A stretch of DNA of 64,000 nucleotides, from NCBI GenBank assembly GCA_963717465.1, contig OY970340.1, forward strand, positions 352,001 through 416,000, read 5' to 3'. This document shows, in pieces, positions 41,958-52,481 of this stretch; the stretch's first letter is position 1; each line of letters starts with the position of its first letter. The position numbers and the translations under genes are program-made. Under the pieces are notes generated by a model that was not told where the DNA came from, made no database searches, and worked only from the letters and a program-made list of their open reading frames with translations. This stretch comes from Candidatus Bathyarchaeota archaeon. Its GTDB lineage: Archaea > Thermoproteota > Bathyarchaeia > Bathyarchaeales > Bathycorpusculaceae.

Positions 41958-43520
41958 GTGAAACTTTTGGCTGTTTCTAACAAGAAATTGCGCACACGTA
42001 AGCATAGAGAAGCTGATGAAGCGCTAAAAAAATCCAAAGAAAAATATCAAGCTATAATAGAAACTGCAAATGACTTCATTTGGGAAGCCGATACTAAGAG
42101 GCGCTTTACTTATTGTAGTCCTCAGATTGAAAAGTTGTGGGGAATTAAAACTCAGGATGTGATTGGCCAGGATTTTACTGATAAATTACCAGATAAAGAA
42201 AAAGAAAAAATGCGAGCAATGTATGCAGAATTAAACAGTAATCCTAAGCCATTTATTGGTTTAAAAGTAGCTTCTTACAATGTCGAAGGGCAATTAATTT
42301 TTACAGAGATAAATGCTGTTCCATTTTTTGATGCTAAAGGTAAGCTGCTTGGTTGGCGAGGAATAACAAGAGACATTACCGAACGTAAGAGGGCTGAAGA
42401 AAAACTTGCAGAATATACCGAAAATCTTGAGAGACTTGTAGAAGAACGCACCAAAAAAATTCAATTAAGCGCATCATATGCCAGAAACTTGATCGAAGCA
42501 AGCCTTGACCCTTTAGTAACAATTAGTGCTGAAGGTAAAATTACTGATGTAAACAAAGCCACAGAGTTGGTAACAGGATACTCAAGAGAAGAATTGATTG
42601 GAAGTGATTTTTCACTCTATTTTACTGACCCAAAAAAAGCAAGTTTAGGATACAAACAAGCTTTTGATAAGGGGCATGTCATAGACTATCCTTTAGCTAT
42701 TAAACACAAGTCTGGAAAAATCACCGATGTCTTATACAATGCAACAGTCTACCGAGATGCCTATGGCAAGATACTGGGCATTTTTGCTGCTGCCCGCGAC
42801 ATCACGGAACGCAGAAAACTGGAAAAGAAACTGCAGGATGCAGAGCGTTTGGCTGCTATTGGGGCTACTGCGGGCATGGTTGGACATGATATACGTAATC
42901 CGTTACAGTCGATAACAGGCGACTTGTATTTAGTAAAAACAGAATTGCCCGATTTGCCAAATAGCAAGCAAAAAGAAAGCATCTATGAAAGCATAAAAGC
43001 GATCGAGCAATCGGTAGAATACATTAACAAGATCGTGCAGGACCTGCAAGATTACGCGAAACCAATCAAACCTGCTCAAAAACTAACCAACCTTGAAGAA
43101 TTAATTAACATAATAATATCCAAAATTGTTTCTCCAAATATTGAGATCAGAATAGAAATTCAGAAAGAAGCAAGCACAATCATGACAGACCCTGATTTAC
43201 TTAGAAGAATCATCAGCAATTTAATTTTAAATTCTGTTCAAGCTATGCCAAACGGCGGAGAACTCGACATAAGTGCTTACATGGATAAAGAGCATATCGT
43301 TATCACCACTAAAGATTCGGGTTTTGGTATTCCTGACGAAATTAAGCCTAAATTATTTACACCTATGGTAACAACCAAAGCGAAAGGTCAAGGTTTTGGA
43401 CTTGCCGCTGTAAAGCACATTACTGAAGCATTAGGCGGCACGATTTCATTTGAAAGTAAAGTTGGCAAAGGAACAAAATTCACAGTTAAATTGCCCATAC
43501 AAAAACAAGATTTACGCTGA
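41958..43520 (+). CDS. PAS sensor histidine kinase
   Basis: Two PAS/PAC domains, GHDIRNP H-box and HATPase boxes. Confidence 0.92.
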   Translation: MKLLAVSNKKLRTRKHREADEALKKSKEKYQAIIETANDFIWEADTKRRFTYCSPQIEKLWGIKTQDVIGQDFTDKLPDKEKEKMRAMYAELNSNPKPFIGLKVASYNVEGQLIFTEINAVPFFDAKGKLLGWRGITRDITERKRAEEKLAEYTENLERLVEERTKKIQLSASYARNLIEASLDPLVTISAEGKITDVNKATELVTGYSREELIGSDFSLYFTDPKKASLGYKQAFDKGHVIDYPLAIKHKSGKITDVLYNATVYRDAYGKILGIFAAARDITERRKLEKKLQDAERLAAIGATAGMVGHDIRNPLQSITGDLYLVKTELPDLPNSKQKESIYESIKAIEQSVEYINKIVQDLQDYAKPIKPAQKLTNLEELINIIISKIVSPNIEIRIEIQKEASTIMTDPDLLRRIISNLILNSVQAMPNGGELDISAYMDKEHIVITTKDSGFGIPDEIKPKLFTPMVTTKAKGQGFGLAAVKHITEALGGTISFESKVGKGTKFTVKLPIQKQDLR

Positions 43521-43655
43521 TAATTAGGTAGCCCTAATATTAATAAGAAAAATCCTTGATAATGAAGATGCTAACGCATTTCGCCACCTAAATTCAACCC
43601 TTTTCAGGTTCATTTCATTCTTCACCGTCGTTCAGAGAGAGGATTAAATTCTATT

Positions 43656-43865
43656 CTAATCTTTTTTAAACACAATTCCAAGGACAGTAGCCACAACAAA
43701 CGTTATCGTGGACGGCCCCAAGGGTTTTTTAGTTCGAGAGCACAGCCGGGAACCGACTGGAGTAACTTTTCCACAGTGCAGACAAACATTGTCATCTTTG
43801 GGCACGAGTTTTCAACGATACTTGCATGGAGATGTGCATCCACAAACCCTATGAACTTCGCTCAT
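43656..43865 (-). pseudogene. Possible degraded double-zinc-ribbon gene
   Basis: Minus frame reads PCKYR*KLVPKDDNVCLHCGK...LCS with an internal stop. Confidence 0.3.
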
Positions 43866-43987
43866 GACTAAATTTTAGTCCCAAAAAAAAGTTTTTCATA
43901 CGGAACCCTTATCTTTATTGACCCGTTTGATTATAAGGATTTTTATAACAAAAGAGGATTTTGTCCGCCTCAATTAGGAAGTAAAAT

Positions 43988-44776
43988 ATGTCCGAAAATA
44001 AACCTGAATGGCCAGAATCTGGCGACCTAGTAATCGCCACAATAGAAAGTGTGATGGATTACGGAGCTTACGCTAATCTTGATGAGTACAAAAAACGCGG
44101 TTTTCTTCACATTTCCGAAATATCCAGCGCCAGAATAAGAAACGTCCGCGACTTCGTTCGCGAAAACCAAAAAATGGTTCTTAAAGTAGTCCATGTGAAC
44201 CTTGAAAAAGGTCACATTGACTTGTCGCTTAGACGAGTTACAAAACGAGAAAGAATCGAAAAAATCAAATCCTGGAAAAAAGATCGCAAAGGCGAAGCAC
44301 TCCTCCACGCCGTAGCAGAAAAAGTTGGCTTGCCTATTCATGAAGTCTATCAGAAAGCTGGCGTAATTCTCGAAGAAAAATACGGTTTGTACGAAGGTTT
44401 CGAAAAAGTAGTAACAGACGGCATAGAAGTTTTAACCAAACTTAACATACCTGAAGATATTGCCAAAGTCATCGCACAAGTTGCAGAAGAACGTATAAAA
44501 ATTAAGATGGTTAAGGTTAGAGGTGTGCTTGAAGTTCGCTGCATAAAGCCCAACGGCGTTAAATGTATTCAGGGCGCGTTTATAGACGCAAAGAAAGCAC
44601 AAAAAGCTAAAGACGTCAAAATAGAATTTTACGTTGTCGCTGCTCCAAAATACAGTTTGGAGGTTTCAGCCGATAATTGGAAACGAGCGGAAGAGTTTCT
44701 GAAAAAAGTAAGCGATAGTGTGATTGCAAACATTACTGAGGCTGGTGGACAGGGGTCTTTTAAGAGGGAGAAATAA
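43988..44776 (+). CDS. eif2a: Translation initiation factor aIF2 alpha subunit
   Basis: WPESGDLVIATI, YGAY.NLDEY, HISEIS, KGHIDLSLRRV and AAPKY. Confidence 0.95.
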   Translation: MSENKPEWPESGDLVIATIESVMDYGAYANLDEYKKRGFLHISEISSARIRNVRDFVRENQKMVLKVVHVNLEKGHIDLSLRRVTKRERIEKIKSWKKDRKGEALLHAVAEKVGLPIHEVYQKAGVILEEKYGLYEGFEKVVTDGIEVLTKLNIPEDIAKVIAQVAEERIKIKMVKVRGVLEVRCIKPNGVKCIQGAFIDAKKAQKAKDVKIEFYVVAAPKYSLEVSADNWKRAEEFLKKVSDSVIANITEAGGQGSFKREK

Positions 44777-44789
44777 AAAAGGTGATAGC

Positions 44790-45113
44790 TTGAGAGATTC
44801 AAATGGATCAGTGGTTTGGGGTCAACTTGAAAAAATCGGCAAAGGTACAAAGGCAAGTTATGATGCTGACAAGCAGGTTATTATTTTATGCTTCAATAAA
44901 AGCCCGCAAACGTCAGGCGAAATTTTAAGAAAATTGCGTGAGCAACTATTAAAAGAACTAAAAGACTTGGGTTACGTAGGCAAAATCAAGTTCAATGGTG
45001 AAGTAATCGTGGACAATGTTGCAAAAGAAGATGTTGTTCTTGTTAAGAAAAATCATAAACTCATAATTCATTTAAACCAAAAAACAACTCAAGAACCTCC
45101 TAAAAAAGAATAA
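44790..45113 (+). CDS. Hypothetical protein
   Basis: TTG start after a GGTGA SD, 13 bp downstream of aIF2-alpha. Confidence 0.55.
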   Translation: MRDSNGSVVWGQLEKIGKGTKASYDADKQVIILCFNKSPQTSGEILRKLREQLLKELKDLGYVGKIKFNGEVIVDNVAKEDVVLVKKNHKLIIHLNQKTTQEPPKKE

Positions 45114-45419
45114 CGCGGTATTTTCTAACCGCAAATCAGTTTTTTGGCACATTAATCGGAAAACCTGCCTTATGGCTTAATAATGAAGATTGCACATTTT
45201 AACAGAGAAATCCCTGAGAGGTAGTGCACGCAAAAGGAGCGGGCACTCATGGCTACTTAATTTTACAAAAGCATGACATTCTATACCAAAGCAAAATTGG
45301 AATTGCGGCTTAAGCTGAGGGTGATTTTCTCTTCAAACAACTTGATATTGAAGAAAAAAAGATTTGGTAAATAAATACACTACACTTAAGTTTAAACCAA
45401 TAATATCAGCCTATTTTTA

Positions 45420-46292
45420 CTATGCATCAAGCAGTTTTTTTAGCCGCTTGCACAGTTCTCCGCGTTCTGCTGGTTGTTTTGTCCACAGCTCTCGATTTTC
45501 TCTGAATTGTTCGCCTGTAATCTTATGTTGCCTTTGCAAGTCACCCAAAAGTTTTGCGAATCCTTGTAGGTCCAACTGTGCATCGGTTACCTCGTTTACG
45601 GTTTTTCTTTCTGTTACCGTGTTAGCTTCGAATATCTCGCTGTCTGGCGGTGGATAAGTGTTGTATAAGAAACAGGAAAAGTACAAATTACTCCAACCTC
45701 GAGTAAGTGGCAAGCTATTTTTTGCTTTCAGCAACTCAGCCGTATAATGTTCAAATTCTTGTCCCAGCGAAAAATACTTTGTTTGCTCACTCAACCCGTC
45801 AACAACTCGGTTAGCAAAGTGCCGCAGATGCTGATTACTAAATATAGGCAAGATCGTTCCGCTTTCATAATTAAAGCAATAAATGATTTTTTTGGCAAGA
45901 ATCTTGTCTGTTCCCATTCCGCCTATTTTTTCCCAATCAACATCGACTTTTTGTGCCAACGATTTCCTGTTATCGACTGCTATGCGAAGCAAGTTTTTGA
46001 AGATGTTGATTTGTAGTCTGGCGTTGCGGTAAACATTAGAACTGCAAATGGTTGAATACCCCAGAGGTTTAAAGTAACGTTCTAGAAATTGGAAGAATTC
46101 TCCTATTTCATCAGGACTTAATTTGAATAGTTTGTCAGGGTCTAACCACTCTATTGTTCGAAGATTTTCAGTGAAGGGATATTTTTGCCTAAGCTCCTTG
46201 AGTAATCCGTTTGAGCTTTCAACGTCGTGTTTTGTTGAGTTAAGTTTATCGTAAGTGTTGGCTTTTTCAAGCATGCCGTTTGATCTAGACAT
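45420..46292 (-). CDS. Hypothetical protein
   Basis: 290-aa ORF with no motif recognised. Confidence 0.7.
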   Translation of the reverse strand: MSRSNGMLEKANTYDKLNSTKHDVESSNGLLKELRQKYPFTENLRTIEWLDPDKLFKLSPDEIGEFFQFLERYFKPLGYSTICSSNVYRNARLQINIFKNLLRIAVDNRKSLAQKVDVDWEKIGGMGTDKILAKKIIYCFNYESGTILPIFSNQHLRHFANRVVDGLSEQTKYFSLGQEFEHYTAELLKAKNSLPLTRGWSNLYFSCFLYNTYPPPDSEIFEANTVTERKTVNEVTDAQLDLQGFAKLLGDLQRQHKITGEQFRENRELWTKQPAERGELCKRLKKLLDA

Positions 46293-46494
46293 TTAAACCA
46301 TACCTTAATGAGATTGTGGGTCTAATAAGACTTACAAGTATGTAGTTGTTGTTGTCAACTTTTCAGTTGCGGGCAACTTTGAATGCGCCATTCTTCATGT
46401 GGTAGAAAAGTTGGCGTGCGTTATTGGTTTATAAGCGTCAAGGCTATTAATACTCATGATTTAGTAAACTGTTTATTGGGGAGAGAAAGGAATT

Positions 46495-46638
46495 TTGACT
46501 TATAAAAATTCGTATTATAGAACAACATATTTGTTTAAGTGTAGAATGTGCAAGGCCTGTTTTTCCAATCCTGACGAGTTAAGAATACACAGTGCGACAG
46601 AGCATAAGGGGCACATGCTTCTCAAAATAAAAAGTTGA
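46495..46638 (+). CDS. 47-aa classical C2H2 zinc-finger microprotein, absent from the ORF track
   Basis: FKCRMCKACFSNPDELRIHSATEH fits F-x-C-x2-C-x3-F-x5-L-x2-H-x4-H; purine-rich leader. Confidence 0.75.
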   Translation: MTYKNSYYRTTYLFKCRMCKACFSNPDELRIHSATEHKGHMLLKIKS

Positions 46639-46749
46639 TAAGGAATATTGCTTTTGTCAGCCACAGAAACCGCGGCTAAATCCTCACTTTTTAGCGTTTA
46701 GAATTGGGATTTTGACAAGTCTGGTTGCACATATTCTGGAGAAGATTTT

Positions 46750-46866
46750 GTGAGTAAAAGCAGATTTTTTGATTCAGCAAATTGCTTGAATTGCATGTAT
46801 AAAGGAGGCAATTACTGTTGGAGCCAATGTTCCCTTAACATTTGGAAGAGAGGCAAGGAATATTAA
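46750..46866 (+). CDS. 38-aa Cys-rich microprotein, absent from the ORF track
   Basis: GTG start after GGAGAAG; ...NCLNCMYKGGNYCWSQCSLNIWKR. Confidence 0.45.
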   Translation: MSKSRFFDSANCLNCMYKGGNYCWSQCSLNIWKRGKEY

Positions 46867-46890
46867 GACTTTTACTGGATTGTTTTTGAT

Positions 46891-47088
46891 ATGGAAGATT
46901 TTGAAAGATTAAGCAGTAAAGTTCTCACTAAAACTTGCTCCTGTGGCATCTCGTTCAAAACGTATGACCCAAGAAAAGTGTACCATTCAAACAAGTGTAG
47001 GTCAAATTGCGTTAGGAAAAGAAATGAAGCCGTAGTGCAAAGAAGGAAACTATGGCAAAAGAAGTTAAAAGAGCAACGTGTGCGCTGA
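46891..47088 (+). CDS. Small basic Zn-binding protein, treble-clef-like
   Basis: TCSCGISF...KVYHSNKCR and a basic C-terminal helix. Confidence 0.6.
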   Translation: MEDFERLSSKVLTKTCSCGISFKTYDPRKVYHSNKCRSNCVRKRNEAVVQRRKLWQKKLKEQRVR

Positions 47089-47093
47089 TAAAT

Positions 47094-47492
47094 ATGAACG
47101 CAAAGCAATTCTTCAAAATCGAAGTTAGCATAAGTTGGGGGCATTTGATTAGGGAAAAGAAGGCTCTGACTAAAGACGAAGAGAATCTTAGAGAAGCAAT
47201 AAGGGCTTATCGTGATGGAATCAAAAAAGCATGGGACATTTACACCCAAGACAACAGGATAGTAAAGGAAGCAAAGAAGACTCTTGACTCAGCAATAGAT
47301 GAAGCATACAAATTATGCTTGCCTGAACATGGAGAGAGAATGGCACAAACAGAATACGAACAGGCAACTAAACTTTATTTAAAAACTCTGTACAAAGTTC
47401 ACCGCAAGTTTGCGGATACGATTGAAAAAGTTTGGAGTGTTTTCATTAAAGACATGGAAACTTCTCCAAGGCTAACCAAGAAGAATACTTAG
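47094..47492 (+). CDS. Hypothetical helical protein
   Basis: ATG 5 bp after the previous stop; two similar helical halves. Confidence 0.55.
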   Translation: MNAKQFFKIEVSISWGHLIREKKALTKDEENLREAIRAYRDGIKKAWDIYTQDNRIVKEAKKTLDSAIDEAYKLCLPEHGERMAQTEYEQATKLYLKTLYKVHRKFADTIEKVWSVFIKDMETSPRLTKKNT

Positions 47493-47635
47493 CTGAACCA
47501 AAAGCCTTATTGTTTCGCCATAGGCTTAGGTGCAAGGCTCAAAATTTTTAACGAAATAATTTTTATTGCCCTCCTCCCTCATGTTCCAAGAGGTATCAAC
47601 GGCAACATTGCCAACAATAGTTAAGGTGTACACGC

Positions 47636-48544
47636 TTGAAAGTTAAAGAAATAGGGAAAAACTTGTTTTTAATCGACTTGGAAACTGGAGGGTTTAAGAA
47701 ATCTTTTTGCAGCTACGTCATAAAAGGCGCTAAAAGCAGCATTGTAGAATCTGGTCCAACCTCTTCGATTCCCAATCTCTTCTCAGGCTTAAAGGAGCTA
47801 AATATCAAGCCCAGCGAAGTTGAGTATGTAGCCTTAACTCATGTGCACATAGATCACGGCGGAGGCGCAGGCACTCTGCTAAATTCTCTGCCAAACGCCA
47901 AAGTGCTTGTTCACCCAAAGGGTTTGCCTCACCTGATTAACCCTGAAAAGCTTTGGCAACAATCACAAATAGTTCTTGGACCTGTCAGCGAAATTTTAGG
48001 CAAACCTGAACCTGTCCCAAATGAAAGAATAATCTCAGTCAAAGATGAATCCTTCAAAATTAATGACAAATCAGAACTGCAAGTTATTGAGGCACCCGGT
48101 CATGCTTCACATAATCTATGCTTTTACGAAACCCTAAACCGTGGAATCTTTACAGGCGACACTGCAGGTGCGTATTACCCAGAATTTGACGCTGTCCTGC
48201 CAACGACGCCGCCTCCATTTTATTTAGTCCCAGCATTGCATTCAATCGATAGATTGATCAGCCTAAAACCAGAATTCTTGTATTATAGCCATTTTGGATT
48301 AGGCTCAGATGCCATACAACGATTAAAAGATTATAAAGCGCAGATTCAATTATGGGCAGACATTGCAGTTGAAGGCGTAAAAGAGAAACAGGGTTTCGAA
48401 GCAATTCTGGCTAACATTGTTTCCCAAGACAAAGCTATGAATCGAATGCATGATTATTTGAGAAACCACAAGATTTATTCAAAAACCGAGTTAATCAACA
48501 GTGTACAAGGCTTTATTGAATTAGCTCAAAGAGCATTGCCTTAA
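47636..48544 (+). CDS. Metallo-beta-lactamase-fold hydrolase
   Basis: THVHIDHGGG, PGHASH, FTGD and YSHFG. Confidence 0.9.
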   Translation: MKVKEIGKNLFLIDLETGGFKKSFCSYVIKGAKSSIVESGPTSSIPNLFSGLKELNIKPSEVEYVALTHVHIDHGGGAGTLLNSLPNAKVLVHPKGLPHLINPEKLWQQSQIVLGPVSEILGKPEPVPNERIISVKDESFKINDKSELQVIEAPGHASHNLCFYETLNRGIFTGDTAGAYYPEFDAVLPTTPPPFYLVPALHSIDRLISLKPEFLYYSHFGLGSDAIQRLKDYKAQIQLWADIAVEGVKEKQGFEAILANIVSQDKAMNRMHDYLRNHKIYSKTELINSVQGFIELAQRALP

Positions 48545-48589
48545 ACGAATTGATAATGTTTTATAGTCACGATCATTCAATGTTTCAAG

Positions 48590-50077
48590 GTGAAGTTTTT
48601 GGGCGAAGACGAAGGCAGAACATCTCCAGAACATGTTCCGTTAGAAAAAGTAAACGATTATTCATGGCGTATTCCAAAATACAAGACAGCTATGCGTGTT
48701 CCAGGCATGGTTTTTGCAAACCAAGAGCTCTTGGAAAAAATGAAGACTGATCGTACTCTTTGGCAATGCGTCAACGTTACACAGTTACCAGGCATATACA
48801 AGCATGCAATAACATTGCCTGATGGACATGAAGGCTACGGCTTCCCCATAGGAGGCGTTGCAGCAACTGATTATGATGAAGGCGTCATAAGCCCAGGCGG
48901 CGTCGGATACGACATTAACTGCGGAGTCCGATTACTAACAACTAATTTTTCTGAGAAAGAATTAAGGCCAAAACTTGCACCTTTAGCAGAAACAATTTTC
49001 CACAATGTACCCTCTGGTCTTGGAAGCCGACGCAAAGACCTTAAAATATCCGCAGGCGACTTAGACCGTTTAGAAGTCGAAGGCGTAAATTGGCTAATTG
49101 ATCAAGGTTTAGGATGGCCTGAAGATGCACAGCACTGCGAAGAACACGGTTGCATGCCAAACGCTAATCCAGACCTGGTTTCAAACACGGCTAAAAGCAG
49201 AGGCTTAACACAGATTGGCACTTTAGGTTCGGGAAACCATTTTCTTGAAATACAAAAAATCGACAAGATATATAATCAAAAGGCAGCAAAAACTTTCGGC
49301 CTTGAACATGAAGGCCAAGTAACCGTTATGATTCATTGCGGTTCAAGAGGCTTTGGTCACCAAGTATGCTCAGACTATTTACGCGTAATGGAACATGCAT
49401 CACAAAAATACAAAATAGCATTACCTGACCGAGAATTAGCCTGCGCACCAGGAAACAGCAAGGAAGCAAAAGATTATTTCCAAGCCATGACCTGCGCAGT
49501 AAACTATGCCTTTTCAAACCGCCAAGCCATCATGCATTGGGTCCGACAAAGTTTCCAGCAAGTCCTCCATGAAGATCCAGAAAAGTTCGGGTTAAAACTC
49601 CTATACGATGTTGCCCACAACATTGCCAAAATTGAAAATCACACTGTTGATGGCACTCAAAAGAAAGTTTGGGTTCACCGAAAAGGTGCAACACGCGCCT
49701 TCCCTCCTGGGCATCCTGATGTTCCAGCTGATTACCGAAGCGAAGGGCAACCGGTTCTTATTCCAGGCAGCATGGGCACAAGTTCATGGGTTCTTGTGGG
49801 TTCACAGAAAGCTATGGATTTGACGTTTGGTTCAACAGCGCATGGTGCCGGCAGAATGATGAGCCGTTCAGCAGCAAAACGGCAGTATTGGGGCGGTGAC
49901 ATTAAGGCTAGCTTAGAAAAGCGAGGTATTGTTGTCCGCGCTGCAAGCGCATCAGTGTTAGCTGAAGAGGCAGATCCAGCTTACAAGAATGTTGATGTTG
50001 TAGTTGATGTTAGCGACAAAGTTGGAATTGCCACTAAAGTTGCAAGGCTAGTTCCATTAGCGGTAATAAAAGGCTAA
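48590..50077 (+). CDS. rtcB: tRNA-splicing ligase RtcB
   Basis: PDGHEGYGFPIG, GYDINCG, GSGNHFLE, HRKGAT and HGAGR. Confidence 0.97.
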   Translation: MKFLGEDEGRTSPEHVPLEKVNDYSWRIPKYKTAMRVPGMVFANQELLEKMKTDRTLWQCVNVTQLPGIYKHAITLPDGHEGYGFPIGGVAATDYDEGVISPGGVGYDINCGVRLLTTNFSEKELRPKLAPLAETIFHNVPSGLGSRRKDLKISAGDLDRLEVEGVNWLIDQGLGWPEDAQHCEEHGCMPNANPDLVSNTAKSRGLTQIGTLGSGNHFLEIQKIDKIYNQKAAKTFGLEHEGQVTVMIHCGSRGFGHQVCSDYLRVMEHASQKYKIALPDRELACAPGNSKEAKDYFQAMTCAVNYAFSNRQAIMHWVRQSFQQVLHEDPEKFGLKLLYDVAHNIAKIENHTVDGTQKKVWVHRKGATRAFPPGHPDVPADYRSEGQPVLIPGSMGTSSWVLVGSQKAMDLTFGSTAHGAGRMMSRSAAKRQYWGGDIKASLEKRGIVVRAASASVLAEEADPAYKNVDVVVDVSDKVGIATKVARLVPLAVIKG

Positions 50078-50191
50078 ACCATTTCGTCTTTTTCCTGCAA
50101 TTTTCAGGTTTGATTTGGGGAAAACTAAAACTACAACCTTAATAATGCTCCTGCAAGTTTTAATCGTTAAATGAGAGAGCGGGAGCATTAA

Positions 50192-51724
50192 TTGAAAAAG
50201 CAGGAAATTAGACTTCGCTACAGCGGTTTCATAGTCTTTGGAACCCAGGTGCTGAGCGTGATAACTGGACTCATTTTTACGCTTCTGCTAACCCGCAATA
50301 TGAACCCTGCTCAGTATGGCATTTGGACCAACATTTTTGACTATACGGGATATTTTGTAATGTTCAGTGGTTTGCTGCCGTTCTGGGCGACAAGGTTTGT
50401 GGCAAGAAATATAAAAGGAACTGCTAAAACCTCAGTCTTGGCGCAATTTCTCTTAGCACTCATCTCGTTTGTCGCATATTTTCCCGCAATAATTCTAATT
50501 TCTCAAGCCATTGGAACCCAAGCATATTTGCCAATTTACTTCATTGCAGGCGGCTACATTCTAACTTATTTCATGATTAACATTTTCGAAAGCATACTGC
50601 AATCCACCAAACCTCAAGCTGTCGGTTACGGGTTGATGATTGAAGAAATCTCAAAAGTCTCCATAGCATTAATTGTTATCCTTGGTTTTCGACAGCTTTT
50701 TCTTGGAGCAATATTAGCTTTAGTTGTTTCATGCATAATCCAAATAGTCTATTACTATGCGCTTCTGAGGCATGAGTTTAATGAGAAAACAAACTGGAGC
50801 TATCTCAAAGAGTGGCTGAAAGGCTCCACGGCAATTGCTTACAACTCCATCGGTTCCCAGATATTCTCCTTTGTCTACATCTTGCTCTTCATTTACGGTG
50901 GAGCTGCCACGAGGGCTTATTATCAAGCAGCCTTCACTTTTACAAATATTGTTGGCTACTCTGCCTCATTGGCGTTTGCAGTTTACCCCAAATTGCTATC
51001 GAACTCTTGTTCAGAAGAGCAAATCGGAACTTCGTTTAGAACGGTCTTAATGTTGGCTATTCCGTTTGCAACCATAGTAATGGTAATGTCGACCTCGTTT
51101 TTAATTGTCCTAAACAGTGCTTATGCCGTAGCTTGGCCAGTCTTAATTGCATTAACGTTTGACACATTAATCAGTATAATATTCTCCTTTTACTCCAACA
51201 TTTTAATGGGCAGGGAAGCCTTCGACTCAGAGGGCAAAATCTCTCTTCGCAAACTTGTCCGAAGCAAAATCATCTTGGTATTCAGCGTTTCATACATTCA
51301 AGCAGCAATCGCCTTACCCGTAACATATTACGTTTTAACAGCCTTACCAATTGCAGGCTCTGTGCAGGCAACCTTAGATGTAATCCTCATACTATTCGGC
51401 GTTCACCTCTCAACATTTATCGGCCTTTACGCCTTTTTGCATCATAAAATATGGATTCCTGTGGCTTGGAAAGGCATAGCCGAATACATTTTATCAGCGC
51501 TCCTCATGGGAGGCATCATGCTTTTCGTGATACCAGCCCCGACGACATTGCTCCCTACAATCGGCAAAGCAATTGCAGGATTCGGAATTTACGTACTATT
51601 ACTGTTAGCAATAGACAAACAAGCACGCGAACTAATACGATTAATCTGGAAGGAAATCAAGGGCAGCATACAACAAGTAGAAACAAATAACATTAGTAAG
51701 ATTCAGGAAAACTCTAGCACATAA
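50192..51724 (+). CDS. Oligosaccharide flippase-like (MOP/Wzx) membrane protein
   Basis: About 14 TM; LTRNMNPAQYGIW N-terminal motif. Confidence 0.75.
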   Translation: MKKQEIRLRYSGFIVFGTQVLSVITGLIFTLLLTRNMNPAQYGIWTNIFDYTGYFVMFSGLLPFWATRFVARNIKGTAKTSVLAQFLLALISFVAYFPAIILISQAIGTQAYLPIYFIAGGYILTYFMINIFESILQSTKPQAVGYGLMIEEISKVSIALIVILGFRQLFLGAILALVVSCIIQIVYYYALLRHEFNEKTNWSYLKEWLKGSTAIAYNSIGSQIFSFVYILLFIYGGAATRAYYQAAFTFTNIVGYSASLAFAVYPKLLSNSCSEEQIGTSFRTVLMLAIPFATIVMVMSTSFLIVLNSAYAVAWPVLIALTFDTLISIIFSFYSNILMGREAFDSEGKISLRKLVRSKIILVFSVSYIQAAIALPVTYYVLTALPIAGSVQATLDVILILFGVHLSTFIGLYAFLHHKIWIPVAWKGIAEYILSALLMGGIMLFVIPAPTTLLPTIGKAIAGFGIYVLLLLAIDKQARELIRLIWKEIKGSIQQVETNNISKIQENSST

Positions 51725-51800
51725 GGACTCAAAGTTAATAAGGCGAAATGAAAAGAATACTCAAACATTTTCAAGCATACTAAGCAAAGGTTGATCAATC

Positions 51801-52445
51801 GTGAAGGATGAATGCAGCATCTGCGGAAGGGTTCTTAATGTTGCTTACATGAGAAAATGCGAGCGGTGCCGTAAAATCTTCTGCAGAGACTGCATGGTTC
51901 CCGATGTATCCACGGGAGACGTGAATGCAATGTTATGTTTGCATTGTGCGCGACGTGTTGTTTCTCCGCGGTCAGTATCCAAATATTACGGGTTAGAGCA
52001 GCATTTAAAATTTAGAGCCGCCTTTACAGGGTTAGTCAAACTATCTTTTGCAAGAATCGACGGTTTAATCGGCAGCAATCTTCCGATGGAGGCTTTTCAA
52101 GATGCTTCATGGTGGAGTAATTCGTCATCGAGTGTTCATGCGAAGGCTTGGCTAAATGCGGGCTGGGAAGTCCAGGAAGTTAACCTCAAAGAAGGCTATG
52201 TCATCTTCAAAAAAGTGCGTGAAGTAACGTTTAAGCAATCTAAGAGGCAAAAATTAGAGATCGATAAGCCTTTCATACCTGTTCCTGTCCACCCTTATAA
52301 ACGCAAGACGCCTTCTAAAACAAAAGTGTCAAAGCTTTATGCGAGAATCAAGAACCTGGAGCGTCAACGCGCCGAGGGGCATAGTCAGATTAGGGGTTTT
52401 AAGCCAAAGTCTAATCATGAGAAAAAGCTTTTTAAAACAAAGTAG
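51801..52445 (+). CDS. Zn-finger protein fused to an LSF..LP..WW.N..W..AGW domain
   Basis: CSIC/CERC/CRDC/CLHC; KYYGLEQHL...LSFARIDGLIGSNLP...WWSN...AWLNAGW. Confidence 0.7.
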   Translation: MKDECSICGRVLNVAYMRKCERCRKIFCRDCMVPDVSTGDVNAMLCLHCARRVVSPRSVSKYYGLEQHLKFRAAFTGLVKLSFARIDGLIGSNLPMEAFQDASWWSNSSSSVHAKAWLNAGWEVQEVNLKEGYVIFKKVREVTFKQSKRQKLEIDKPFIPVPVHPYKRKTPSKTKVSKLYARIKNLERQRAEGHSQIRGFKPKSNHEKKLFKTK

Positions 52446-52481
52446 AAACCATTTCAAGAGAAATTCTTTGAAGGCATCTAT

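Noticed and set aside
45223..45247. Hairpin AGTGCACGC-N7-GCGGGCACT as a riboswitch or ncRNA
   Set aside because: Single imperfect stem with no recognisable family motif
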